DNA of 64,000 nucleotides from Rhodanobacter sp. (GCA_004322005.1 SCRF01000109.1:632-64631), one strand, 5' to 3'. Counted from the stretch's first letter, positions 8,345-17,222 are shown. Translations and numbers: made by a program. The notes: generated by a model not told the origin, from the letters alone.

Positions 8345-10708
8345 CTATAGCGGCGTCAGATGGGCATACGCGGCCACCAGCCACTTGCTGCCGGCACCTT
8401 CGAAATTCACCTGCAGGCGCATGTGCGCGCCGCTGCCTTCGGCACTGATCACCACGCCTTCGCCGAAGCTGGGGTGGCTGACCCGCTGGCCGAGTTTCAC
8501 CGGCAGGTCTTCCGCCAGCGAGGTGGATGCGCCATGGCGCGCCGCACCGCTGTAGAGCGGGCGGCTGACCTGCACGCGCGGGCGCACTTCGTCGATCAGT
8601 TCGCCCGGCATCTCGCCGAGAAAGCGCGACGGTCGCGCCAGCATCTCGGTACCGTGCATGCGGCGCGATTCGGCGTGGGTGACGATGAGTCTTTCGCGCG
8701 CGCGGGTGATGCCGACGTAGGCCAGCCGGCGCTCCTCTTCCAGCCGGCCTTCGTCGTCGACCGAACGCTGACTGGGAAACAGGCCCTCTTCCATGCCGAC
8801 CAGGAACACCACCGGAAATTCCAGCCCCTTGGCCGAATGCAGCGTCATCAGCTGCACGCAGTCGTCCCACGTCTCGCCCTGGTGCTCGCCGGCTTCCAGT
8901 GCCGCGTGCGACAGGAACGCCGACAGTTCGTTCAAACCCGTCTCGATGTCGTCAGGGGTCAGTTCGAAGCGGCTGGCGACGTTGATCAGTTCGTCCAGGT
9001 TTTCCACTCGCGATTCGGCGTTGCCGCGGCTGTCCTTCTCGTAGAAATCGCGCAGGCCGGTATGGGTGATCGTGTGGTCGATCTGTTCGGCGAGGGTGAG
9101 GCTCTGGGGACCGGGGACCAGGGACCGGGGACCGGCAGTGGGCAAGGCGTCGATGAGCTCGCGGGGTGTGGCTTCGCTGGAAGCGGCTTCTTCGGACGGT
9201 GCGATGGCCTCCGGGTCATCCGGTCCCCGGTCCCCGGTCCCCGGTCCCGCGAACGCACGCGCCAACTCCTCGATCAAGGCCAGAAACGCCTTCACCGTAT
9301 TCTTCGCGCGCCCGGCCAGTTCGCCGCCGGCCAGTTCGGTCAAGGCGGCTTCCCACATCGAGGTGTTCTGGCCGCGTGCGCGACGGCGCAGCACGTCCAG
9401 CGTGCGCTCGCCGATACCTCGCGCGGGTGTATTGACAGCCCGTTCGAATGCCGCATCATCATGCCGGTTCGCGGTAAGGCGAAGGTAGGCCAGGGCGTCC
9501 TTGACCTCGGCGCGATCGAAGAACCGCTGGCCGCCGTAGACGCGGTACTTGATGTTGCGCTGGGTCAGCTGTTCCTCGAAGTTGCGCGACTGTGCGTTGG
9601 AGCGGTACAGGATCGCGCAGTCTTTCGCGCTGCCCGGAGGTGAATCGTCGTGGCCGGCGATGAACTCGCGGATGCGCTCGATCACGAAGCGCGCCTCGTC
9701 CTGTTCGTTGTAGGCCGCGTACAGCGCGATGCGTTCGCCTTCGCCGCCGGCGGTCCACAGCTGCTTGCCCAGGCGCCCGCCGTTGTGCGCGATCACGCTG
9801 TTGGCGGCCTTGAGGATGGTCGCGGTGGAGCGGTAGTTCTGTTCCAGCTTGATCGTGCGGGCACCGGGGAAGTCGCGCAGGAACTGCTGCATGTTCTCGA
9901 CCTTGGCGCCGCGCCAGCCGTAGATCGACTGGTCGTCGTCGCCGACGGCGAACACTTGACCGGGACCGGTCCCCGGTCCCGGTCCCGCTCCAGCCCCAGA
10001 CAACACCCGGATCCACGCATACTGCAGCGTGTTGGTGTCCTGGAACTCGTCGATCAGCAGATGCCGCCAGCGCTGCTGGTAGTGCTCCAGCAGCGCCGGG
10101 TTCTTCAGCCACAACTCGTGCGCGCGCAGCAGCAGTTCGGCGAAGTCGACCAGCCCGGCGCGACGGCAGGCATCCTCGTAGGCCTGGTAGATCTGCACGA
10201 AGGTGCGGGTGACCGGATGGTCGCGGTGCTCGATGCTGCCCGGGCGTTTGCCCTCGTCCTTCCACTGGTTGATCTGCCAGCCGGCCTGGCGCGGCGGAAA
10301 CTTCGCCTCGTCCAGGCCCAGTCCGGCGACGACGCGCTTGACCAGCCGCAGCTGATCGTCGGCGTCGAGGATCTGGAAGGTCTCCGGCAACCCCGCCTCG
10401 CGCCAGTGCCGGCGCAGCAGGCGGTGGGCGATGCCGTGGAAGGTGCCGACGGTGAGCCCCTGGGTGCCGCCCGGAATCAGCGCGTCCAGCCGCGCGCGCA
10501 TCTCGCCGGCCGCCTTGTTGGTGAAGGTGACGGCGAGAATCGCCCATGGCGGTACGCGTTCAGCCTGGGTCAGCCAGCCGATCCGGTGGGTCAGGACGCG
10601 GGTCTTGCCGGAACCGGCGCCGGCCAGGATCAGGTAATGGCCGGGCGGGGCGCAGACCGCTTCACGCTGCGCGTCGTTGAGCGGGTCGATCAGGTGCGAG
10701 ACATCCAT
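8345..10708 (-). CDS. uvrD: DNA helicase II (UvrD)
   Basis: LNDAQREAV..AGAGSGKTRVL (Walker A), LIDEFQDTN, VGDDDQSIYGWRGA, and the C-terminus KWLVAAYAHL are collinear with E. coli UvrD. Two repeat-derived inserts interrupt the alignment. Confidence 0.95.
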   Translation of the reverse strand: MDVSHLIDPLNDAQREAVCAPPGHYLILAGAGSGKTRVLTHRIGWLTQAERVPPWAILAVTFTNKAAGEMRARLDALIPGGTQGLTVGTFHGIAHRLLRRHWREAGLPETFQILDADDQLRLVKRVVAGLGLDEAKFPPRQAGWQINQWKDEGKRPGSIEHRDHPVTRTFVQIYQAYEDACRRAGLVDFAELLLRAHELWLKNPALLEHYQQRWRHLLIDEFQDTNTLQYAWIRVLSGAGAGPGPGTGPGQVFAVGDDDQSIYGWRGAKVENMQQFLRDFPGARTIKLEQNYRSTATILKAANSVIAHNGGRLGKQLWTAGGEGERIALYAAYNEQDEARFVIERIREFIAGHDDSPPGSAKDCAILYRSNAQSRNFEEQLTQRNIKYRVYGGQRFFDRAEVKDALAYLRLTANRHDDAAFERAVNTPARGIGERTLDVLRRRARGQNTSMWEAALTELAGGELAGRAKNTVKAFLALIEELARAFAGPGTGDRGPDDPEAIAPSEEAASSEATPRELIDALPTAGPRSLVPGPQSLTLAEQIDHTITHTGLRDFYEKDSRGNAESRVENLDELINVASRFELTPDDIETGLNELSAFLSHAALEAGEHQGETWDDCVQLMTLHSAKGLEFPVVFLVGMEEGLFPSQRSVDDEGRLEEERRLAYVGITRARERLIVTHAESRRMHGTEMLARPSRFLGEMPGELIDEVRPRVQVSRPLYSGAARHGASTSLAEDLPVKLGQRVSHPSFGEGVVISAEGSGAHMRLQVNFEGAGSKWLVAAYAHLTPL
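9106..9248. repeat. GGGACCGG-type inverted repeat (29-30 bp arms, ~84 bp centre) inside uvrD, in frame
   Basis: Left arm 9106-9135 is ggggaccggggaccagggaccggggaccgg. Right arm 9220-9248 is its reverse complement with one mismatch. Confidence 0.85.
9958..9988. repeat. short GGGACCGGTCCC-type palindromic repeat inside uvrD, in frame
   Basis: gaccgggaccggtccccggtcccggtcccgc encodes AGPGPGTGPG, where E. coli UvrD has only about 4 residues (LAGDTGKV). Confidence 0.75.
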
Positions 10709-10780
10709 CGTGCCGATTGTACCGGGCTGCCCGATGAAAACCGCCGCGAATGCGGCGGCTTTCGGGCGTATCGACGACGC

Positions 10781-10999
10781 TCAATTTTTCTTGATGAAGC
10801 CGCCAACCGCCAGCAGGCCGCCCACCACGATGCCGGCGATGCCCAACCATCGCGGTATGTCCTTGTTCTGGGTGGCGGTGAGTTTGGCCGTACCGACCTG
10901 CAGCACGGTGTCGGTGTCCTGGTAGCTGGCATGGCCGGCGACGATCCAGATGCCGGCGACCAGCAGGATGATGCCGGCGATGATCAGTGCTGCGCGCAT
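10781..10999 (-). CDS. small two-TM membrane protein (DUF3185-like)
   Basis: ATG at 10999 preceded by GAGGAGAGG. 72 aa: MRAALIIAGIILLVAGIWIV...GIAGIVVGGLLAVGGFIKKN. Confidence 0.5.
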   Translation of the reverse strand: MRAALIIAGIILLVAGIWIVAGHASYQDTDTVLQVGTAKLTATQNKDIPRWLGIAGIVVGGLLAVGGFIKKN

Positions 11000-11169
11000 G
11001 AATGCCTCTCCTCGATGGATAGGTCGAGTATGCCGCGAGGTCATGTGCATAGAAAGTGCAGGTAAGAGCCACCCTGTGGGCGAAAACATGCTGCGATGCG
11101 GCCCGTGATCGCGCACAAGGTGCGCTCACAGCTCTGCGCCATGACGATCCGGGCAGAAGCCGATCCCCC

Positions 11170-11208
11170 AAAAAAAGACCCCGAAGGCCAGGGGGAGCCT
11201 TCGGGGTC
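11170..11208 (-). terminator. rho-independent terminator
   Basis: An 11-bp GC-rich stem (gaccccgaagg / ccttcggggtc) is followed on the minus strand by TTTTTTT. Confidence 0.75.
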
Positions 11209-11295
11209 GGTGGAGGCGAAACCCAGGGGAGAGGTTCGCGTCCGGTTGGCGGCCCAGGGAGGTGAGCCGGCCGCGGATGCCATTGCGTGCATCCG
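11170..11295 (-). ncRNA. candidate sX13-like small RNA (three stem-loops with C-rich loops plus terminator); 5' end approximate
   Basis: Minus-strand hairpins lie at 11249-11274 (loop ..CACCUCCCUG), 11216-11239 (loop CUCUCCCCUGGG) and 11177-11208 (loop CUCCCCCUGG), followed by U7. There is no credible ORF. Position is about 130-250 nt downstream of the polA stop. Confidence 0.5.
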
Positions 11296-11422
11296 ATAAC
11301 TTTGAACGGCGAATGCGGCGAAAGTTGCACAGGCTGCAGGGCAAATTTATCGCCGGTTCATATCATGAAACATTAACCTGCAAGTGGTTGTTGTGCTTGC
11401 AGGCCCGATTGCGGTAACGGCC

Positions 11423-14194
11423 TCAATGCGCCTCGTCCCAGTTCGCACCCACGCCCACATCGACCAGCAATGGCACCGCCAGTTCCGCCGCGCCTGACAT
11501 TCGTTCGATGACCGCGGCACGCACGCTGTCGACCGCGTCGACGCGCACCTCGAACACCAGCTCGTCGTGTACCTGCATCAGCATGTGCACGTCGTTGCGC
11601 CCGTTGATCCAGGCGGCCATGGCGATCATCGCGCGCTTGATGATGTCGGCCGCGGTGCCCTGCATCGGTGCATTCACCGCTGCGCGTTCGGCGCCCTGGC
11701 GCAGGCTCTGGTTGCGCGAGGCGAGGTTTTCCAGATACAGCCGCCGGCCGAACAGGGTCTCGACGTAGCCGTCGCGGTGCGCCTGCTCGCGCGTGGCGTC
11801 CATGTAGGCGCGCACGCCGGGGTAGCGCGCGAAGTAGCGCGCCATGTAATCGCCGGCCTCGCCGCGGTCGACGCCGAGCTGGCGGGCCAGTCCGAACGCG
11901 CTCATGCCGTACATCAGGCCGAAGTTGATCGCCTTGGCGGCACGGCGCTGATTGGTGGTGATTTCGTCCGGCGGCACACCGAACACTTCCGCCGCGGTGG
12001 CGCGATGCACGTCGCCGCCTTCGTGGAACGCGCGCAGCAGGCCCTCGTCGCCGGACAGGTGCGCCATGATGCGCAGCTCGATCTGCGAGTAGTCCGCCGC
12101 CAGCACCTGCCAGCCCGGCGGCGCGATGAAGGCCTGGCGGATGCGCCGGCCCTCCTCGGTACGCACCGGGATGTTCTGCAGGTTCGGGTCGGACGAGGAC
12201 AGCCGCCCGGTCGCCACCGCGCCCTGGTGATAGCTGGTGTGCACGCGGCCGGTGCGCGGGTTGACGATGCCGGCCAGCTTGTCGGTGTAGGTGGAACGCA
12301 GCTTGGCCAGGCCGCGATAGTCCAGGATCAGCCGCGGCAGCTCGTGTGTGTCGGCGATCGCTTCCAGGGCCTCCTCGTTGGTGGAGGGCTGGCCGGTCGG
12401 GGTTTTCAGCTTTGCCTTGAGGCCGAGTTCGTCGAACAGGATCGCCTGCAACTGCTTGGGCGAGTCCAGATTGAACTCGCGCCCTGCCGAGCCGAATGCC
12501 AGCTGCTGCAGTTCCAGCATCCGCTTGCCCAGTTGCTGGCTCTGCCGGCGCAGTTCGTCGCCGTCGATCAGCACGCCGTGCCGTTCCATCGCGGCCAGCA
12601 CCGGAACCAGCGGAATCTCGATCTCTTCGTAGACGCTGCGCAGCTTCGGCGCGCCCCGCAGCAAGGGCCACAGCGCGTGATGCAGGCGCAGGGTGACGTC
12701 GGCATCCTCGGCGGCATAGCGGCAGGCGGTATCCAGATCCACCTGCGAGAACGAAATCTGTTTCGCGCCCTTGCCGGTGACCTGCTCGTATTTGACCGTC
12801 TCGTAGCCGAGGTATTTGCGTGCCAGCGAATCCATGTCGTGGCGCGTGGCGGTGGCGTTCCACACGTAGGATTCGAGCATGCTGTCGTGGCGAAGCCCCT
12901 GCACGGCGATGCCGTAATGGCTGAGCACGTTGATGTCGTACTTGGCATGCTGGCCGAGCTTGGCTTTGGTGGTGTCCTCGAACAGCGGCTTGAGTGCGGC
13001 CAGCACGCTGTCGCGGTCGAGCTGCTCAGGCGCGCCGGGATAATCGTGGCCCAGCGGAATGTAGCAGGCCCGGCCCAGTTCCACCGCGAAGCTGATGCCG
13101 ACGATGTCCGCACGCATCGCGTCGATGCTGGTGGTTTCAGTGTCGAACGCGATCAGTTCGGCGCCGCGCAGTTTTTCCAGCCACGCATCGAAACGGGCCG
13201 GGGTAGTGACCAGTTCGTATTCGCCCGGCCCCCGTAGGAGCGCACCCTGTGCGCGAAGCTCTTGGGGCGATACTTCGGAGCTTTCGCTGGAGCTCTCGCC
13301 AGAGCTTTCGCCAGAGCTTTCGCGCACAGGGTGCGCTCCTACGGGGGCGGCGGGACCATCGAGCTCTTTCAGCGCCGCCTTGAACTCGTAACGGGTGTAC
13401 AGCTCGCGCAGCCGTGCGGTGTCTGCCTCGCGCCGGGCCAGGTCGGTGGGGCCGAATTCCAGCGGCACATCGGTCTTGATCGTCACCAGCTCGCGCGACA
13501 GCGGCAGCAGCGGCAGCGTGGCGCGCAGGCTCTCGCCGATCTTGCCGCCGATCCGGTCGGCGTTCGCGATCACGCCGTCCAGTGTGGTGTATTCGGTCAG
13601 CCATTTGGCGGCGGTTTTCGGGCCGCACTTGGGCACCCCAGGCACGTTGTCGATGGTATCGCCGGTAAGCGCGAGAAAATCGACGATCTGCTGCGGCCGC
13701 ACGCCGAATTTTTCCATCACCCCGGCGCTGTCGGTGATGGTGTTGCTCATGGTGTTGATGAGGGTCACGTGCGACCCCACCAGCTGCGCCATATCCTTGT
13801 CGCCGGTGGAGATCAGTACCTCGATGCCGAGTGCCTGCGCCTGCACGGCGAGCGTGCCGATCACGTCGTCGGCCTCGACCCCCGGCACGCGCAGGATCGG
13901 AAAACCGAGCGCGCCCACGATCGCCAGCATCGGTTCGACCTGCGCGCGCAGGTCGTCCGGCATCGGCGGCCGGTTCGCCTTGTACTGCTCGTACAAGACG
14001 TCGCGGAAGGTCGGGCCGGGAGCATCGCTGACGAAGGCGAGATAATCCGGGTTGGCCTTCAACGTCGCGCGCAGCATGTTGACCACGCCGAACAGCGCGC
14101 CGGTCGGTTCGCCGTGGGCATTGCTCAGCGGCGGCAGCGCATGGAAGGCGCGATACAGATAGGAAGAGCCGTCGATCAGTATGAGTTTGGCCAT
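11423..14194 (-). CDS. polA: DNA polymerase I
   Basis: The 5' nuclease (LILIDGSSYLYRAFHA), the 3'-5' exonuclease (IAFDTETTS) and the polymerase motifs (DYSQIELRIMAH, QVHDELVFE) are all present. An alternative ATG lies at 14209. Confidence 0.95.
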   Translation of the reverse strand: MAKLILIDGSSYLYRAFHALPPLSNAHGEPTGALFGVVNMLRATLKANPDYLAFVSDAPGPTFRDVLYEQYKANRPPMPDDLRAQVEPMLAIVGALGFPILRVPGVEADDVIGTLAVQAQALGIEVLISTGDKDMAQLVGSHVTLINTMSNTITDSAGVMEKFGVRPQQIVDFLALTGDTIDNVPGVPKCGPKTAAKWLTEYTTLDGVIANADRIGGKIGESLRATLPLLPLSRELVTIKTDVPLEFGPTDLARREADTARLRELYTRYEFKAALKELDGPAAPVGAHPVRESSGESSGESSSESSEVSPQELRAQGALLRGPGEYELVTTPARFDAWLEKLRGAELIAFDTETTSIDAMRADIVGISFAVELGRACYIPLGHDYPGAPEQLDRDSVLAALKPLFEDTTKAKLGQHAKYDINVLSHYGIAVQGLRHDSMLESYVWNATATRHDMDSLARKYLGYETVKYEQVTGKGAKQISFSQVDLDTACRYAAEDADVTLRLHHALWPLLRGAPKLRSVYEEIEIPLVPVLAAMERHGVLIDGDELRRQSQQLGKRMLELQQLAFGSAGREFNLDSPKQLQAILFDELGLKAKLKTPTGQPSTNEEALEAIADTHELPRLILDYRGLAKLRSTYTDKLAGIVNPRTGRVHTSYHQGAVATGRLSSSDPNLQNIPVRTEEGRRIRQAFIAPPGWQVLAADYSQIELRIMAHLSGDEGLLRAFHEGGDVHRATAAEVFGVPPDEITTNQRRAAKAINFGLMYGMSAFGLARQLGVDRGEAGDYMARYFARYPGVRAYMDATREQAHRDGYVETLFGRRLYLENLASRNQSLRQGAERAAVNAPMQGTAADIIKRAMIAMAAWINGRNDVHMLMQVHDELVFEVRVDAVDSVRAAVIERMSGAAELAVPLLVDVGVGANWDEAH
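13229..13347. repeat. GTAG-type REP inverted dimer with an internal 4 x 12 bp tandem array, inside polA, in frame
   Basis: Arms are cccccgtaggagcgcaccctgtgcgcgaa (13229-13257) and ttcgcgcacagggtgcgctcctacggggg (13319-13347). The 12-mers gagctttcgctg/gagctctcgcca/gagctttcgcca/gagctttcgcgc span 13278-13325. Confidence 0.9.
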
Positions 14195-14287
14195 GCGCCA
14201 TTCTCGCATGCACGCGCGAATCGGCGCGCTTCACGAACGCTCGGCGGGCGCACTGCTATGCTTTGCTTCCCGATCGAGGTTGCCGCC

Positions 14288-14794
14288 ATGAAAATCGCTG
14301 CCTTGCTGGTTGCCGCCAGCGTTCTGCTCGCTTCCAGCGCCTTTGCGCAGTCGTCGGCGTCAAGCACGAACGTGCCGCCACCACCGGGCATCAACGATCC
14401 GGGCGTGAAGGCGGTGTCGTCCACTACGAAATCGGCCGTCGAGCGCGAGCAGACCGGCACGCCGAAGTCCAGCCAGGCGCCGCTGACCCTGCCGCCCATG
14501 AAGAGCGGCGACAGCCGGCTCGGCCGCCATGCGTCGCCGCCGGACGTCCGGGTGCGCCAGGAAGGTGACATCAATGTGCAGGAATACCGGCGCAATGGCC
14601 AAGTCTACATGGTGGTGGTGACGCCCAAGAACGGCATCCAGCAGATCTACACGGTCGATCCGCAGGGCCGCCTGGTCGATGAACACGGCCAGAAACCGGT
14701 GGGGCCGGTCATGTACAAGGTACTGGAATGGGGCAAGAGCAGGCCGCCCGCGAAGGCTGCCGCTGCAGACACACAGAGTACCGACGGGCATTGA
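14288..14794 (+). CDS. DUF2782-like secreted protein
   Basis: Signal peptide MKIAALLVAASVLLASSAFA, then the conserved core ..VQEYRRNGQVYMVVVTPKNG..YTVD. Divergent from polA, as is typical for this family. Confidence 0.6.
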   Translation: MKIAALLVAASVLLASSAFAQSSASSTNVPPPPGINDPGVKAVSSTTKSAVEREQTGTPKSSQAPLTLPPMKSGDSRLGRHASPPDVRVRQEGDINVQEYRRNGQVYMVVVTPKNGIQQIYTVDPQGRLVDEHGQKPVGPVMYKVLEWGKSRPPAKAAAADTQSTDGH

Positions 14795-14871
14795 TGCCGC
14801 TCTTGGCATTTCGTCCTCGATGCATGCCGGGTTGCCGGCATCAGGGGCGCCCCCGGGGAAGAGGATGAACG

Positions 14872-15303
14872 ATGCACCTGCGTGAAAGCTGGCTGCTGTT
14901 CGCGCTGGGCTCGGCGCTGTTTGCGGCGTTGACCGCTTTGTTCGGCAAGCTTGGTGTGGTTGGCATCAATTCCAACCTCGCCACCTTCATCCGCACCATC
15001 GTGATCCTGCTGGTCACCGCCGGCATCCTCAGCCTGCGCCGGGAGTGGGTCAGGCCGACCGGATTGCCGCTGCACAGCTGGCTGTTCCTGGTGCTGTCGG
15101 GTATCGCCACCGGGCTGTCGTGGCTTTGCTATTACCGTGCGCTGCAGCTTGGTCCGGTCAGCAAGGTGGCGCCGATCGACAAGCTCAGCGTGGCCCTGGC
15201 GATCGTGCTGGGGTTGGTGTTTCTCGGCGAGCGACCAAGCTGGCCGCTGCTGATCGGTGGCGTGCTGATCGTGTCCGGGGCGATGGTGATTGCGCTGTTT
15301 TGA
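14872..15303 (+). CDS. EamA-domain (DMT superfamily) small membrane transporter
   Basis: 143 aa with 4-5 TM segments and an EamA-like pattern (..APIDKLSVALAIVLGLVFLGE..). Confidence 0.65.
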   Translation: MHLRESWLLFALGSALFAALTALFGKLGVVGINSNLATFIRTIVILLVTAGILSLRREWVRPTGLPLHSWLFLVLSGIATGLSWLCYYRALQLGPVSKVAPIDKLSVALAIVLGLVFLGERPSWPLLIGGVLIVSGAMVIALF

Positions 15304-15319
15304 ACGGTCCGACAGGCTG

Positions 15320-15544
15320 CTAGAGCGGATCGTCCAGCTCAGGGTAATGGCGGAAGATGCCGTTCTCGTTGAACGCCAGCCGCCGCGGAGAGTCGAGATA
15401 AGCCGCGATGCGCGGCCGTTCCGCGACCCGTTTGGCCAGGGCCCGCAGCCGTGGGAGGTCGCGCCCGAGGCGCCGCATCGTGCGGGGGAACGCGTAGTCC
15501 AGTCCGGCCATCAGCTGGAATAGCGAAAGGTCGACATAGGAGTG
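15320..15544 (-). pseudogene. remnant of a glutathione S-transferase (C-terminal domain only)
   Basis: ..[47 protein letters not shown] looks like a GST C-terminal domain. The thioredoxin-like N-domain is missing. The ORF track's first 15 codons (to 15589) are REP sequence. Confidence 0.45.
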
Positions 15545-15553
15545 TTCGCGCGT

Positions 15554-15624
15554 GTAGGAGCGCACCTTGTGCGCGATGCTCTTCGTCACGTGACGAAAAG
15601 CTCGCGCACAGGGTGCGCTCCTAC
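15554..15624. repeat. GTAG-type REP inverted dimer
   Basis: gtaggagcgcaccttgtgcgcgatgctcttcgtcacgtgacgaaaagctcgcgcacagggtgcgctcctac. Confidence 0.85.
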
Positions 15625-15632
15625 CGGCGGGG

Positions 15633-17222
15633 TCAGTGCCGGAAGTGCCGGACCCCGGTGAACACCATCGCCATGTCGTGTTCGTCGGCGGCGGCGATGA
15701 CCTCGGCGTCGCGCATCGAGCCGCCGGGCTGGATCACCGCCCGGATGCCGGCGGCGGCAGCGGCATCGATGCCGTCGCGGAACGGGAAGAACGCATCGCT
15801 GGCCATCGCGCTCCCCGGCACCGTCAGACCGGCCTCGTCGGCTTTCAGCCCGGCGATCTTCGCACTGACGACGCGGCTCATCTGGCCGGCACCGACGCCG
15901 ATCGTGCGGCCGTCCTTCGCGTAGACGATCGCGTTGGACTTCACGTATTTCGCGACCTGCCAGGCAAACAGCAGGTCATCGAGTTCCTGCGCCGTGGGTG
16001 CGCGTCTGCTCGCGACTTTCAGTTCGTCGCGGCCCACCATGCGCCGGTCGGCGCTCTGGATCAGCAGGCCGGAGCCGACCCGCTTGAGGTCGTGCGTGTT
16101 GTGGCCGTCGCCCGGCGGAATCTCAAGCACGCGCACGTTGGCTTTCGCGGCGGCGGCTTCGACCGCGCCCGCTTCGACCTTCGGCGCGATCAGCACCTCG
16201 ACGAACTGGCGCTTGAGGATCGTCTTCGCGGTTTCGGCGTCGAGTGGGCGGTTGAACGCCACGATGCCACCGAACGCGGAAGTCGGGTCGGTCGCATAGG
16301 CCAGCTCGTAGGCCGCCAGCGGATCGGCCGCCACGGCGACGCCGCAGGGGTTGGCGTGCTTGACGATGACGCAGGCCGGCGCCTCGAACTGGCGCACGCA
16401 CTCCCAGGCCGCGTCGGCATCGGCGATGTTGTTGTACGACAGCTCCTTGCCCTGCAACTGGCGGAACGTGGCCAGCGTGCCGGGCGCCGGATGCAGGTCG
16501 CGATAGAACGCGGCCTGCTGATGCGGGTTTTCGCCGTAGCGCAGATCCATCAACTTCACGAAGTGCTGGTTGCTCTGCGCCGGGAAGGCGGCGTGGCCGG
16601 CGATCGCGGCCTGCGTGTCATCGAGTTCGAGTGCGGAAAGGTAATCGCTGATCGCACCGTCGTAGTCGGCCACGCGGTTGAACGCGGCCACCGACAGCTT
16701 GAAACGGGTGGCGCGGGTCAGCCCGCCGCGCGTCTCGATCTCGCTCAACGCGTCGGCATACTGGTCGGGCGAGGTGAGTACGCCGACGTCGTTCCAGTTC
16801 TTTGCCGCGGAACGCAGCATCGCCGGGCCGCCGATGTCGATGTTCTCGATCGCCTGCTCGAGGGTGCAGCCCGGCTTCGCCACGGTGGCCTCGAACGGGT
16901 ACAGGTTGAGCACCAGCAGGTCGATCGGCGCGATGCCCAGTTCGGCCATCACCGCGTCGTCGGTGCCGCGGCGACCGAGCAGTCCGCCATGCACGTTCGG
17001 GTGCAACGTCTTCACGCGGCCGTCCATGATTTCCGGGAAACCGGTGACGTCGCTGACTTCCGTCACCGCCACGCCGGCCTCGCGCAGCGCCTTCGCACTG
17101 CCACCGGTGGACAGCAGCTCCACGCCGCAGGCCGCCAGTCGCCGGCCCAGCTCGATCAGGCCGGACTTGTCGGAAACGCTGAGCAGGGCCCGGCGGACCG
17201 GGACGAGAGTGGATGGGGACAT
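15633..17222 (-). CDS. purH: bifunctional AICAR transformylase / IMP cyclohydrolase
   Basis: [31 protein letters not shown] and the C-terminus FTGVRHFRH are typical PurH. Confidence 0.95.
   Translation of the reverse strand: MSPSTLVPVRRALLSVSDKSGLIELGRRLAACGVELLSTGGSAKALREAGVAVTEVSDVTGFPEIMDGRVKTLHPNVHGGLLGRRGTDDAVMAELGIAPIDLLVLNLYPFEATVAKPGCTLEQAIENIDIGGPAMLRSAAKNWNDVGVLTSPDQYADALSEIETRGGLTRATRFKLSVAAFNRVADYDGAISDYLSALELDDTQAAIAGHAAFPAQSNQHFVKLMDLRYGENPHQQAAFYRDLHPAPGTLATFRQLQGKELSYNNIADADAAWECVRQFEAPACVIVKHANPCGVAVAADPLAAYELAYATDPTSAFGGIVAFNRPLDAETAKTILKRQFVEVLIAPKVEAGAVEAAAAKANVRVLEIPPGDGHNTHDLKRVGSGLLIQSADRRMVGRDELKVASRRAPTAQELDDLLFAWQVAKYVKSNAIVYAKDGRTIGVGAGQMSRVVSAKIAGLKADEAGLTVPGSAMASDAFFPFRDGIDAAAAAGIRAVIQPGGSMRDAEVIAAADEHDMAMVFTGVRHFRH

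Noticed and set aside
11209-11422. 6S RNA or a small protein gene (ORF 11126-11344, 72 aa) in the polA downstream region.
   Set aside because: The ORF is Arg-rich with no Shine-Dalgarno and overlaps the terminator. The length and fold (three short hairpins with C-rich loops) do not fit the long, imperfect 6S rod with its central bubble. An sX13-like sRNA is the better explanation.
13278-13325. Possible CRISPR-like or minisatellite array (the 12-bp repeats in polA, and the 51-bp repeats in prmA at 18937-19038).
   Set aside because: The units are directly adjacent with no spacers, there are only 2-4 copies, they lie inside CDSs, and no cas genes are present. They are tandem duplications.
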